The notes under the pieces: model-generated
Database searches by the model: none
Told to the model about the DNA's origin: nothing
What the model saw: only the letters and a program-made list of their open reading frames with translations
DNA from: a virus
Taxonomy: Duplodnaviria > Caudoviricetes
Virus record (IMG/VR): IMGVR_UViG_3300000574_000007
Coordinates: 1-41,986 of that record
Strand: one strand, 5' to 3'
Length of the DNA: 41,986 nucleotides
Position numbers and translations under genes: made by a program
Shown: one piece after another, positions 34,139 to 41,986 of the stretch
Position numbering within the stretch: the first letter of the stretch is position 1
Layout of the letters: each line of letters begins with the position of its first letter

Positions 34139-34947
34139 ACTGACACCTTGGCTGCCGCTTCGCTTTCAGCTTCAAGTTCGGCAAGTTGACGTCGCATCGC
34201 ACTACGTATCGCAAGCTGCCCTTGAGTGAGCTGCGGTTGAGAGGTGGGAGTGGGAGGAGTAGGAGTCCCGCTCTTACCCAGCTTCGCCCAGTCGGAACGA
34301 ATAGCATTCTTCAATGCGGCATCCCAGTCGACGTATCGGTAATCTTTTGCTCTTGCGCAATCCTTAAAGTGTTCCAAGTGAGATTCTAGAGTCTCACGGT
34401 TGTACCCTTTATCTGTTCCCCAGGCTACCACCTCGGCAGAGAGGTTAAAGTTCTCAGGTAGAGGGTATTTCTGTTTACTTTGGGTTTTCCCTCGCTTCGT
34501 TGGCGGCTCTGGTCCTTGGTCAGATATAGGGTCAGATATAGGGTAGTGTGCATCTTGCACTTTGGAAACTACTAACGTACCGTTAACGGATAGAACACCG
34601 TTAAACTCCGGTAGACGACTGTTATGCTCAGTATGGTGCGGCGACTGATGTTTAGAAAACTCAGGAATATCAATAAGTTGCCTGCCATCGACCTGATACC
34701 GCCGAATAAACACCTTTCCAGGTCTATCGGGATTTTGTGGGGTAGCGAGATGAGTGAGGAGTTTTTCGACATCGAGGCGGTCATATGGGAAAAGCATCGC
34801 CTTGAGGTACTTCGGACGATCCTCTAGGCGCCCTTCTTTGTCGGCATAACACCAAAGACCAGCGTAAAGAAGGCGTGCCTCAAAAGGTAGTGTAGCAAGG
34901 TCTTCGTCGGAGAAAAACTCAGGACTGAGTGTTCGTCGGCGTGGCAC
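34135..34947 (-). CDS. Replication initiator (lambda O-like role) with C-terminal DnaT-like domain
   Basis: R.L.PEFF.DE.L...ARLL..GLW..AD.EGR N-terminus; HFKD...K...Y.DWDAA..N..R C-terminus; upstream of helicase. Confidence 0.8.
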   Translation of the reverse strand: MPRRRTLSPEFFSDEDLATLPFEARLLYAGLWCYADKEGRLEDRPKYLKAMLFPYDRLDVEKLLTHLATPQNPDRPGKVFIRRYQVDGRQLIDIPEFSKHQSPHHTEHNSRLPEFNGVLSVNGTLVVSKVQDAHYPISDPISDQGPEPPTKRGKTQSKQKYPLPENFNLSAEVVAWGTDKGYNRETLESHLEHFKDCARAKDYRYVDWDAALKNAIRSDWAKLGKSGTPTPPTPTSQPQLTQGQLAIRSAMRRQLAELEAESEAAAKVSV

Positions 34948-35065
34948 TATTTCCTCCTCTTGTGAAAACTGAAGGAGCTTACGAGGAGCAAGAGGAGGAC
35001 CCTCCCCGTAAGTCCTTCAGCCGCTGCCGATTGAACGGCTGCCAGACTAGCTAGGTCTGGCACGG
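34948..35065 (-). promoter_or_regulatory. Structured 5' leader of initiator: terminator-like stem (34969-35019) whose loop is complementary to the SD
   Basis: ~19-bp stem followed by UUUU; loop TCCTCCTCTTG pairs with CAAGAGGAGGA (34952-34962). Confidence 0.7.
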
Positions 35066-35117
35066 TCGTTGATTCTACTGCGGTCTCATCTCATACTCAT
35101 GTTCTAATCCACGCCTC

Positions 35118-35146
35118 ACCCTACAGCAAGGCGACCAGCGTGTCAA
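35118..35146 (-). promoter_or_regulatory. Putative sigma70 promoter for replication genes
   Basis: TTGACA-N17-TAGGGT. Confidence 0.55.
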
Positions 35147-35164
35147 GCGAAAGGTCGCGCTCGG

Positions 35165-35380
35165 CTATCGAGTGTATCTTTTTCGTGCCGCCTCGGGGTC
35201 TTTCCAGTATTCCGCGAGACCCTCAGATGCCTCTTCCCACGTTTTAGCAACGAAGGTTTGACACCCGAACTGCAACGTAAAACCATTGGCGACTTTGCGA
35301 ATAGTAACCTCGTTTAGGACTAGGGTAGGAGGCGCTACCTCCTGCTGAGCAGTCCTTCCATAATCCACGTTTACGTCCAT
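35165..35380 (-). CDS. Hypothetical protein
   Basis: AGGAGAG RBS; IRKVANGF...GCQTFV motif. Confidence 0.7.
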   Translation of the reverse strand: MDVNVDYGRTAQQEVAPPTLVLNEVTIRKVANGFTLQFGCQTFVAKTWEEASEGLAEYWKDPEAARKRYTR

Positions 35381-35454
35381 TATGCCTCTCTCCTTTAACT
35401 AGTCCTTTGGGGCTGATAAATTATCGCGCTCGGTCTGTCACGCCATGACGACCC

Positions 35455-35718
35455 CTATTTCGCCTTCTTCTTTGCTACTGGCCTAGCTGCTGACTTCTTC
35501 TTCGTGGCTTTTGGCATCAGATCACCTCCCTTTACCCATTCGTCACTACGCTCAAATATCCTCACCTTACCGCTCTTGGTCACGTAGATCTGCAATTCTT
35601 GCTTCGGCGTGCGAAGTGTGATAATTACCACACCAGATGATGAGATTGATGCGGTGCGCTCGATTGTGGCGGCACCCCAAGTGAAGCCGTAGTCGTTCTC
35701 ACCGAAGGGGATCAACAT
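35455..35718 (-). CDS. Hypothetical protein with Lys/Ala-rich C-terminal tail
   Basis: Probable ATG 35718; internal in-frame ATG 35517 with strong SD. Confidence 0.6.
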   Translation of the reverse strand: MLIPFGENDYGFTWGAATIERTASISSSGVVIITLRTPKQELQIYVTKSGKVRIFERSDEWVKGGDLMPKATKKKSAARPVAKKKAK

Positions 35719-35909
35719 TTCTTCCCATGCGAACACGCGCACTTTGCCTTGCACTCTCGATGCACTAGCGAAAACTGGCGCATCCGCTCTATCCAGTCAG
35801 CAACAGTAATCGGTAGAGCACACGGCTGTATCGCTCCGCACCGCGTACACTCCAGCGCGTAGGCGTCTGCTCCCTGCGTACCGTCATGGGCTACGATCCA
35901 TTCTTGCAT
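35712..35909 (-). CDS. Small Zn-binding protein
   Basis: CTRCG...F...H..C pattern. Confidence 0.65.
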   Translation of the reverse strand: MQEWIVAHDGTQGADAYALECTRCGAIQPCALPITVADWIERMRQFSLVHRECKAKCACSHGKKC

Positions 35910-35913
35910 TATG

Positions 35914-36135
35914 TTAATACCCCGCCTGTCTACGCCCTAGTAAATGGTCTACGCTCACGTGTAAGACCTCGGCTAGGAGAATGATCGTGGCAACAGTGGG
36001 ATAGCCCACGCCACCCTCATAGTTGCAGATCGTGGTACGATGCTTGCCTACTAACCGGCCAAGCTCACTATGGGTCAGCTTACGTTTAATCCTGGCCTGA
36101 AGGAGTCGTTCTGGGAAGCCGTCTCGTTTCGTCAT
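35914..36135 (-). CDS. Cro/CI-type (XRE) HTH regulator, probably leaderless
   Basis: F.ERL..AR....LT..EL...VG....TI.NYE.G...P....LA.VL.VSVD.LLG; ATG 6 nt after -10 hexamer. Confidence 0.9.
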   Translation of the reverse strand: MTKRDGFPERLLQARIKRKLTHSELGRLVGKHRTTICNYEGGVGYPTVATIILLAEVLHVSVDHLLGRRQAGY

Positions 36136-36226
36136 GTTCACATAGTACACATTTATTTTACGGTTGTCAAGAGCCACGGTGCATTTTTCTCTTGACAAGG
36201 ATGTTCAATGTGTTTACTATGTGAAC
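36136..36226. promoter_or_regulatory. Back-to-back near-identical sigma70 promoters
   Basis: TTGACA-N17-TACTAT-GTGAAC on both strands (36142-36170 minus; 36192-36220 plus). Confidence 0.85.
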
Positions 36227-36265
36227 GTAACGTATCACTCAACCCACTCAACGAAAGGAGTCAAC

Positions 36266-36523
36266 ATGACAGACCTACGTAAAGGCTTATCGACCGACTG
36301 GACGTATCCCGACCATAACGTACACACATCAAGCCCCAAACTCCACGTCGAGTTGACGGAGAGGGTGGACAAGATGTTCGACCGTATCCCCTTACTACTC
36401 CTCGACGGCGCTTCTGACGGCCCTACCGCTGGCCTGTCTAGAGCAATGTTGAGGGTCAATCACCGGCTCACGTATTGGATGCGAGACGGAAAAGTGTTGA
36501 TAGGGGGGAAGCGTGATGATTGA
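36266..36523 (+). CDS. Hypothetical protein
   Basis: AAAGGAG RBS before ATG 36266; first gene after rightward promoter. Confidence 0.7.
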   Translation: MTDLRKGLSTDWTYPDHNVHTSSPKLHVELTERVDKMFDRIPLLLLDGASDGPTAGLSRAMLRVNHRLTYWMRDGKVLIGGKRDD

Positions 36524-37058
36524 CATCGTACATCGGTATACGAAAGCCGTCTTGTATCACAGCGATACGGCTCAGACTATTGTGGGCGCTGTCGTAGAGG
36601 CGAAGACGCACTGGGCGGACTTGCGCGGGGCGGACTTGCGCGCGGCGGACTTGCACGGGGCGGACTTGCACGGGGCGGACTTGCACGGGGCGGACTTGCA
36701 CTGGGCGGACTTGCGCGGGGCGGACTTGCGCGGGGCGGACTTGCGCGGGGCGGACTTGCGCGGGGCGAACTTGCGCGGGGCGGACTTGCACGGGGCGAAC
36801 TTGCACTGGGCGGACTTGCCGCCTAACTATCGCATCGCATCCCTCTGTTTTGGGGGTTGGCCCATCACGGCCACACCAACAGAAACGAGCATCGGCTGTG
36901 AGCGTCATCCGAATGAGGCATGGCTTTCATGGGGTCCCTACGCGCCGGAGATCGCTGCTATGCATCCTAATGCAGTAGCTTGGTGGACGCGCCACCGAGA
37001 GGCGGTGTGTGCCGCCATACGAGAAGTGATGAGTGAGGAGCGCGATGCCACTGACTGA
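36513..37058 (+). CDS. Pentapeptide repeat protein
   Basis: ~14 A(D/N)L(R/H)(G/W/A) units encoded by near-identical 15-nt repeats. Confidence 0.92.
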   Translation: MMIDIVHRYTKAVLYHSDTAQTIVGAVVEAKTHWADLRGADLRAADLHGADLHGADLHGADLHWADLRGADLRGADLRGADLRGANLRGADLHGANLHWADLPPNYRIASLCFGGWPITATPTETSIGCERHPNEAWLSWGPYAPEIAAMHPNAVAWWTRHREAVCAAIREVMSEERDATD

Positions 37059-37398
37059 GGTGGTGGAGGTGTGGACATCCGGTCCTAGTCTATGCTACGG
37101 GACAGGAACTCTCACGAGGGGAGCGGATGGCCTCCCATGCTTGAACTTTATGGTCTGCGGAGAGGTACGAGCCCTGACCCCCGCGACATTCCCCGCCATC
37201 TGGTCTCTTCGCGCTCCACGTAACACGTGGCCGAGGCCACTACTCGAAGCCTGGTGGGAGCTTGAGCATATTAGGGAGAGGCTGCGACTAGCGGAGCAAG
37301 AGACTGAGCAGGACGAGCGCGACCAGGCGCAACAGCGTGAGACTGATGCGAGGATAGCGGAAGAAGTAGACAGACAGAGAGGAGAGGCAGGCAGATGA
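37045..37398 (+). CDS. Hypothetical protein
   Basis: GAGGAG RBS; C-terminal coiled coil. Confidence 0.6.
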   Translation: MPLTEVVEVWTSGPSLCYGTGTLTRGADGLPCLNFMVCGEVRALTPATFPAIWSLRAPRNTWPRPLLEAWWELEHIRERLRLAEQETEQDERDQAQQRETDARIAEEVDRQRGEAGR

Positions 37399-37592
37399 AA
37401 AGGTTGTACGATGACCCAGTATCACCCCGCACTTTGTACCCAACCTTCCGTGTCCTTGGCCTATCAGGCCAAATCCAGGGCCACCACTTCAGCCGTAAGC
37501 GAGCGTTGAGGATTGTAGACCGGGTTGCATGGTTGTTCGCGACGTGGCTCGGTGGGATGTATGTAGGCTGGTTGATATGGGGGGTACGATGA
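37395..37592 (+). CDS. Hypothetical membrane protein
   Basis: C-terminal TM segment; ATGA coupling. Confidence 0.6.
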   Translation: MKRLYDDPVSPRTLYPTFRVLGLSGQIQGHHFSRKRALRIVDRVAWLFATWLGGMYVGWLIWGVR

Positions 37593-37765
37593 GTACCATG
37601 CGCGGCATCGAAATCCCAAACGGGGAGAAAGCAGTGTTTCGCATAGGCTTGCAAGAAGTGACCGTTTACTGTAGAGACAACGAACTTAGAATCTACGCCG
37701 ACAACATGATTTACGTAATTCCGTGGGCCACGAATACTATCCGAATAAGGGTAGAGCAAGACTAA
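37589..37765 (+). CDS. Hypothetical protein (58 aa)
   Basis: ATGA coupling; beta-rich. Confidence 0.55.
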   Translation: MSTMRGIEIPNGEKAVFRIGLQEVTVYCRDNELRIYADNMIYVIPWATNTIRIRVEQD

Positions 37766-37790
37766 CTGACGCTACGGCGTCGAGAGGAGA

Positions 37791-38330
37791 ATGAATATGG
37801 CGATCATTGCAAAAGAATCAACGAGAGTATGGACACAGGCCCCAGAAGGTCTGCACCAAGCAGTTTGTTGTGACGTGGTAGACCTGGGCCTTGTGAAGAC
37901 AGAGTGGGGTGAGAAGCCGAAGGTAAGGCTCGTGTTTCAATTAGCACTCTTTGCCGAGGATGGGGTAGAACTATACAACCCCGACTTCACAGAGGTGGAC
38001 AAGCGATTTGAAGTTAATCGACCGTTTGGATTGTCCTTGTCTGAGAAGTCACTGCTTCGGCCATTCTTGGAATCCTGGCGGGGCCGCAAGTTTACGAAGG
38101 AGGAGTTGGAGGGTTTCGATCTGGAGAAATTGATCGGGGTGAATTGCCAGGTCCAGATCATCCACAACATCACTGACCAGGGCAAGACCTATGCCAACAT
38201 ACAGGCGGTGGTGCCATTGGGAAGGGGTATGGCGAAGATCCATGCGCAAGACTACGTGCGGGTACAGGATCGAGCGGCGGCGCATGGTGAGGCAGCACCA
38301 TTACATGATGAAGAGGATGTTCCTTTCTAG
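37791..38330 (+). CDS. Putative ssDNA-binding protein (NGO0469-like phage family)
   Basis: G.H.A.C..VVDLG, SLSEKS.LR.FLESWRG, YANI; acidic DEEDVPF tail. Confidence 0.75.
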   Translation: MNMAIIAKESTRVWTQAPEGLHQAVCCDVVDLGLVKTEWGEKPKVRLVFQLALFAEDGVELYNPDFTEVDKRFEVNRPFGLSLSEKSLLRPFLESWRGRKFTKEELEGFDLEKLIGVNCQVQIIHNITDQGKTYANIQAVVPLGRGMAKIHAQDYVRVQDRAAAHGEAAPLHDEEDVPF

Positions 38331-38333
38331 GGG

Positions 38334-39305
38334 GTGAACGCAATGGCCGGGCCACGGAAACAGACCACACACGGACGGTTTTACCAGATCAACGGTGATG
38401 ACTACGCCAGCGTTACAACCATTCTTGGTGCAATCAACAAGCCCGCCTTGGTCCAATGGGCCGCCAAGGAAGAGCGAACCATGACCATCCAGTCAGCGGC
38501 TGATCTGTACGAGGATATTCACGGGACACCCAAGATGTCACGAGCCACGTATGTGACCACCTTGGACGCACGCCTTGGGAAGGTCAAGGCGCATCAGAAG
38601 CTCCTCGCCAAGGCCGCTGAGATCGGCACACAGGTCCACGCGCTGATAGAATGGAATATCCGGCGCTCGTTGCAACAGAAGGTCGGGCCGGAGCCCAAGA
38701 TTGAGGACAAAGCCGCCTGGGCGTTCATGGCGTATCAGGATTGGGCGAAGGCCGTAGACCTGAAGCCTATATTGATCGAGCAGACAGTCTATAGCCACGT
38801 CCATCGATACGCCGGGACGATGGACCTGCTCGCTGAGGTCGAGGGACAGGTGACGCTGGTTGATTTCAAGACCGGCAAGGCCGTCTACGGCGAGGCTCAC
38901 CTACAGAACGTCGCTTATCAAATGGCGCTACGCGAGATGGGCCACCTTGCGGCCGAACGGGGGATGATCTTGCGGTTGCCAAAGGTCGAGACTGACCCCA
39001 ACTTCGAGGCGGTCACGATCCCACCCGCTGAGGAGCTATTCCCTACGTTCCTGGCTGTCCAGCAGGTTTGGCAGTGGTGGTATGCTGAGGAGAAGGCGTC
39101 ACGTGCGCGATGGGAAGCGCAGAGAGCAGGGTTAAAAGCAGCCAACGCGGTTCTTGACCGTGAGATTGCTGAAATCGGCCAGCGAGCACAACAGAACATG
39201 TTAGAAGCAACCCCAGATTCGTTACTTGCTCTTGTGGATGAATTACGAGCGAAGAATATGGAGAAGATCCACCAAGAAGCCAGCTTAACAGAGGAGACAC
39301 GATGA
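38334..39305 (+). CDS. PD-(D/E)XK exonuclease (RecB/Cas4-like phage nuclease)
   Basis: SVTTIL, GT.VH..IE, YAGTMD, VDFKTG, LQ..AY. Confidence 0.88.
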   Translation: MNAMAGPRKQTTHGRFYQINGDDYASVTTILGAINKPALVQWAAKEERTMTIQSAADLYEDIHGTPKMSRATYVTTLDARLGKVKAHQKLLAKAAEIGTQVHALIEWNIRRSLQQKVGPEPKIEDKAAWAFMAYQDWAKAVDLKPILIEQTVYSHVHRYAGTMDLLAEVEGQVTLVDFKTGKAVYGEAHLQNVAYQMALREMGHLAAERGMILRLPKVETDPNFEAVTIPPAEELFPTFLAVQQVWQWWYAEEKASRARWEAQRAGLKAANAVLDREIAEIGQRAQQNMLEATPDSLLALVDELRAKNMEKIHQEASLTEETR

Positions 39306-39487
39306 AGCCACGAACCATAATTTTAACCCTGGAAGTCGAGACTGATGCACCGTTAAGCGTCCTACGCAATGCAGCCAGCTACAGTCCAACATGGATGCTG
39401 CGAGAGGACTACACGTTAGAGGTTGAGCAAGCCCAGGCTAATACAGTCGTCGAGCCTCGCGGTAAGGCTCCGTGTAAGGTGAGGTAA
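39302..39487 (+). CDS. Hypothetical protein
   Basis: AGGAG RBS; ATGA coupling. Confidence 0.6.
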   Translation: MKPRTIILTLEVETDAPLSVLRNAASYSPTWMLREDYTLEVEQAQANTVVEPRGKAPCKVR

Positions 39488-39634
39488 TTCATGAACACGA
39501 TGGCACCGATCGATGACGTAGCTTCCTATCGACTCCACTGAGAGCGTAAGGGGGGCCAGCATAATGTAGAATGCAGAAGCGGCTCCGAACCCCCTGTGGT
39601 GCTCAGGGGTAGTAAGAGTAGAAAGGGGGGGAAA

Positions 39635-40204
39635 TTGTCATATGAAGAGCGTTTTTGGGCAAAAGTTGATAAGACTGAATCATGTTGGTTGTGGAGAGCA
39701 AGCCTAAGCCAAGATGGCTATGGGCAGTTTAAACTACATGGCACAATGCGTCGCTCACATCGCGTAGCGTGGGAACTGGTTTATGGGGTAGTTCCTAATG
39801 GATTATTTGTATTGCATTCTTGCGACAATCCACCATGCGTGAACCCTGGGCACTTGTTTCTGGGAACCAATACGGACAATATGCGTGACTGCGCAGCAAA
39901 AGGGCGGCACAAGTCTCGTACACACCCTGAATCGGTGCCAAGGGGCGACAGACATTATTTCCATATCCATCCAGAACGAGTCGTCGTCGTGAGGGGCAAA
40001 CTTCACGGATCCCATACGCACCCTGAGAGAGTACCTAGAGGAGAACGGCATGGCGCATCCAAGCTTACTACAGTGCAAGTCTGCGACATTAGAACACATT
40101 ATGCTACTGGACAGTATACACAGCAAGAGCTTGGGGCATTGTTTGGGGTAAGTCATCAACAGATTGGTCGAATTGTTGCCATGCAACAGCGAATAAACGG
40201 ATAA
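39635..40204 (+). CDS. HNH homing-type endonuclease (HNH_3) with C-terminal HTH
   Basis: [37 protein letters not shown]; probable TTG start. Confidence 0.9.
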   Translation: MSYEERFWAKVDKTESCWLWRASLSQDGYGQFKLHGTMRRSHRVAWELVYGVVPNGLFVLHSCDNPPCVNPGHLFLGTNTDNMRDCAAKGRHKSRTHPESVPRGDRHYFHIHPERVVVVRGKLHGSHTHPERVPRGERHGASKLTTVQVCDIRTHYATGQYTQQELGALFGVSHQQIGRIVAMQQRING

Positions 40205-40266
40205 ATAGGGTATCCAGAACACCTCCTTGGTGCAGGGAGGTAAGTACGGTAAAAGGGGGTTACACT

Positions 40267-40752
40267 ATGATTGATATTCTGAATCACTATACCAAAACCA
40301 TTCTATATCGTAGCGAGACAGCGCAGACGATTGCGGACGCAGTGAAAGAGGCATACGACAAGGGTGCCAATCTAAGGGGTGCCAATCTTGAGGGTGCCAA
40401 TCTTGGGGGTGCCTATCTTGAGGGTGCCAATCTTGGGGGTGCCTATCTAAGGGGTGCCAATCTAAGGGGTGCCAATCTTGGGGGTGCCAATCTAAGGGGT
40501 GCCAATCTTGGGGGTGCCAAAGGTTACGTCAATTCCCACGACATTTTTGTTGAGGCTGTCCGTCAACAAGTAGTCGACACATTTACTGCCGAGGAATGGG
40601 CCGCCATCGGGCAGATCGTCATCCATCGTCCCTGTTGGGACACAATTTCTAAGCGCTATTCCAACGTGATCCCACGCATATTTGATCTGTTGGCTGAAGC
40701 GGGTTTTACGGAATGGCAGGAACACTGGAAAACTCTCCCAGTGCAGCGCTAG
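40267..40752 (+). CDS. Pentapeptide repeat protein
   Basis: ~10 A(N/Y)L(R/E/G)G units in 15-nt tandem repeats. Confidence 0.92.
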   Translation: MIDILNHYTKTILYRSETAQTIADAVKEAYDKGANLRGANLEGANLGGAYLEGANLGGAYLRGANLRGANLGGANLRGANLGGAKGYVNSHDIFVEAVRQQVVDTFTAEEWAAIGQIVIHRPCWDTISKRYSNVIPRIFDLLAEAGFTEWQEHWKTLPVQR

Positions 40753-40781
40753 GAGCAAGAGACGGGAGGAGGAGACGAGTC

Positions 40782-41045
40782 ATGATAAAGAAACGCATGC
40801 TCTGTGGGCTTACCGTGTCATTGGGGTTGATGACCTCCATCGCATCTGCGGAACCACTGGCAGAGCTTAAAATAGCTCCGCACATCACACCTAAGTTTAC
40901 TGTTGGAGATCAGTTTATCGACAAGGTTATCCCCCAGGTCGGGGAATGTCTGGTGCTGAAGGTCGTAGAGGTTACTGAACAAGGAGTGCGCGGTAAATGG
41001 ATGGCAGTAACCTGTCCATCGCTTAAACGCAAGGAGATGCCATGA
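40782..41045 (+). CDS. Predicted secreted protein
   Basis: MIKKRMLCGLTVSLGLMTSIASA signal peptide; GGAGGAGG RBS. Confidence 0.65.
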   Translation: MIKKRMLCGLTVSLGLMTSIASAEPLAELKIAPHITPKFTVGDQFIDKVIPQVGECLVLKVVEVTEQGVRGKWMAVTCPSLKRKEMP

Positions 41046-41371
41046 CCCTACGCCGTAAGCTGCGCGAAGTATTCCTAGATCACAACCTAAGCAACTTCCC
41101 TATAGCTCATGCCATCGATGACGTGATGGCACGGACGGCCAACTTGACCCGCTCGTACATCATCATCGCGGCATGTAGCGGGTTCCTCGTAGGCTTTGGC
41201 TTATGCCTGCTCTGGTACGGCGCACAGGTGAGCGCGATTCAGGCCACACTAGGCGAGTGGAAAGAGGGCGATGACGTGCATTATCGCGTCCACCACAATA
41301 TGAAGCCGGTCAGCAAGGCTGCCGCGCAGGTAGCGGTGCAGAAGATTGAGGATGCGAGAGGGATAGAGTGA
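41042..41371 (+). CDS. Membrane protein
   Basis: Central TM helix; AAGGAG RBS; ATGA coupling. Confidence 0.65.
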   Translation: MTLRRKLREVFLDHNLSNFPIAHAIDDVMARTANLTRSYIIIAACSGFLVGFGLCLLWYGAQVSAIQATLGEWKEGDDVHYRVHHNMKPVSKAAAQVAVQKIEDARGIE

Positions 41372-41563
41372 ACACCGCGACAGTCCACATCTATCGGGAT
41401 TATCTAAAACGTCAACTAGGGGATGTGAGGAGGCGTTGCCCGTGCATATACAGTGCATGGCAGATCACAAGGGATGGCGGATCAACCGAGAGATTGGCGT
41501 GATGTACGCTAAAGATGCGAGGGTACATTAACCGCCGCCATGCGCGGCAGAGAGGAACGCGAA

Positions 41564-41863
41564 ATGGAGAAAGAATTTGTCGGGAAGTATTGCATGGTAC
41601 GGACATACTCCGCAGGGGTGTTTGCAGGCACTATCGTTGAACGCAAAGGCAAGGAGGTGCTGTTAAAAAAAGCCCGTCGCATCTGGTATTGGGATGGTGC
41701 AGCCTCACTCTCCCAACTGGCGACCCAGGGGACGAGTAAACCTCAGAACTGTAAGTTCCCTGCGGAGGTGGCCTCTGTACTCCTAACCGAAGTGATCGAG
41801 ATTATCCCAATCACGCTAGTCGCTAAGAAAAGCATTGCTGGAGTCGCAATATGGGTACAGTAA
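41564..41863 (+). CDS. DUF6948-like conserved phage protein
   Basis: VRTYSAGVF.G...ARRIWYWDGAASLSQLA..G...LTEVIEIIP. Confidence 0.8.
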   Translation: MEKEFVGKYCMVRTYSAGVFAGTIVERKGKEVLLKKARRIWYWDGAASLSQLATQGTSKPQNCKFPAEVASVLLTEVIEIIPITLVAKKSIAGVAIWVQ

Positions 41864-41986
41864 GCAAAATCGGGTCCGGGTACGGGTCCGGGTCCGGGTA
41901 CGGGTCCGGGTACGGGGACGGGTCCGGGGACGGGTCCGGGTACGGGTCCGGGTACGGGGACGGGTCCGGGGACGGGGACGGGTACG
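41851..41986 (+). CDS. 5' part of Gly-X repeat protein (continues to 169)
   Basis: GGAG RBS, ATG 41851, MGTVSKI then (G-S/Y/D)n. Confidence 0.7.
   Translation, partial: MGTVSKIGSGYGSGSGYGSGYGDGSGDGSGYGSGYGDGSGDGDGY

Noticed and set aside
35436-35449. gtcacgccatga as a sixth copy of junction repeat B
   Set aside because: Mismatch in the SD part and opposite orientation to local genes; likely chance
36468-36908. Minus-strand QVRPA repeat ORF
   Set aside because: Antisense shadow of the pentapeptide gene
38334-39305. Cas4 as part of a CRISPR system
   Set aside because: Lacks the four-Cys Fe-S motif; sits beside an SSB-like gene as an ordinary phage exonuclease
36513-40752. Diversity-generating retroelement (TR/VR pair)
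   Set aside because: No reverse transcriptase recognised; differences between repeats are not adenine-specific
41368-41502. 44-aa GTG ORF filling the gap before the DUF6948-like gene
   Set aside because: Coupled start but no recognisable features; too weak to list
1-41986. tRNA, rRNA, integrase, IS element or alternative genetic code
   Set aside because: None recognised by eye; core genes are uninterrupted in the standard code and all three stops are used. tRNAscan-SE and HMM searches would be needed to exclude them formally

Overview
The window is an apparently complete, circularly assembled ~41.9 kb tailed-phage genome with P22-like podovirus morphogenesis genes. Bases 1-80 are identical to 41907-41986, although the overlap lies inside a low-complexity repeat. 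There are four transcription blocks. (1) A long minus-strand late operon (26800 to 1669): terS candidate, terL, P22-type portal, scaffold, P22 gp5-type coat, glycosyltransferase, gp4-like adaptor, fibre/tail genes, three ejection proteins and an extended lysis/envelope cassette. (2) A plus-strand early array of 13 microgenes (27264-29326) behind a consensus sigma70 promoter. (3) A minus-strand replication block (36135 to 29345): HTH, initiator, Twinkle/T7 gp4-like primase-helicase, N4C/N6A methyltransferase, HNH. (4) A plus-strand block from 36266 across the junction to 1641: two pentapeptide proteins, SSB-like protein, PD-(D/E)XK exonuclease, HNH, DUF6948-like protein and a Gly-X repeat protein. 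I recognise no integrase, DNA/RNA polymerase, tRNA or CRISPR array. The most notable observations are: a microgene array joined by an invariant 13-nt junction (GGTGACGCCATGA, 5 copies); three consecutive virion-module genes with Sec-type signal peptides; Rex/CRP-type palindromes at the terminase promoters; a terminator/anti-SD switch upstream of the replication initiator; a split tail-nozzle gene; and a primase domain whose catalytic Glu is replaced by Ser. All family calls come from motif recognition by eye, not database searches.
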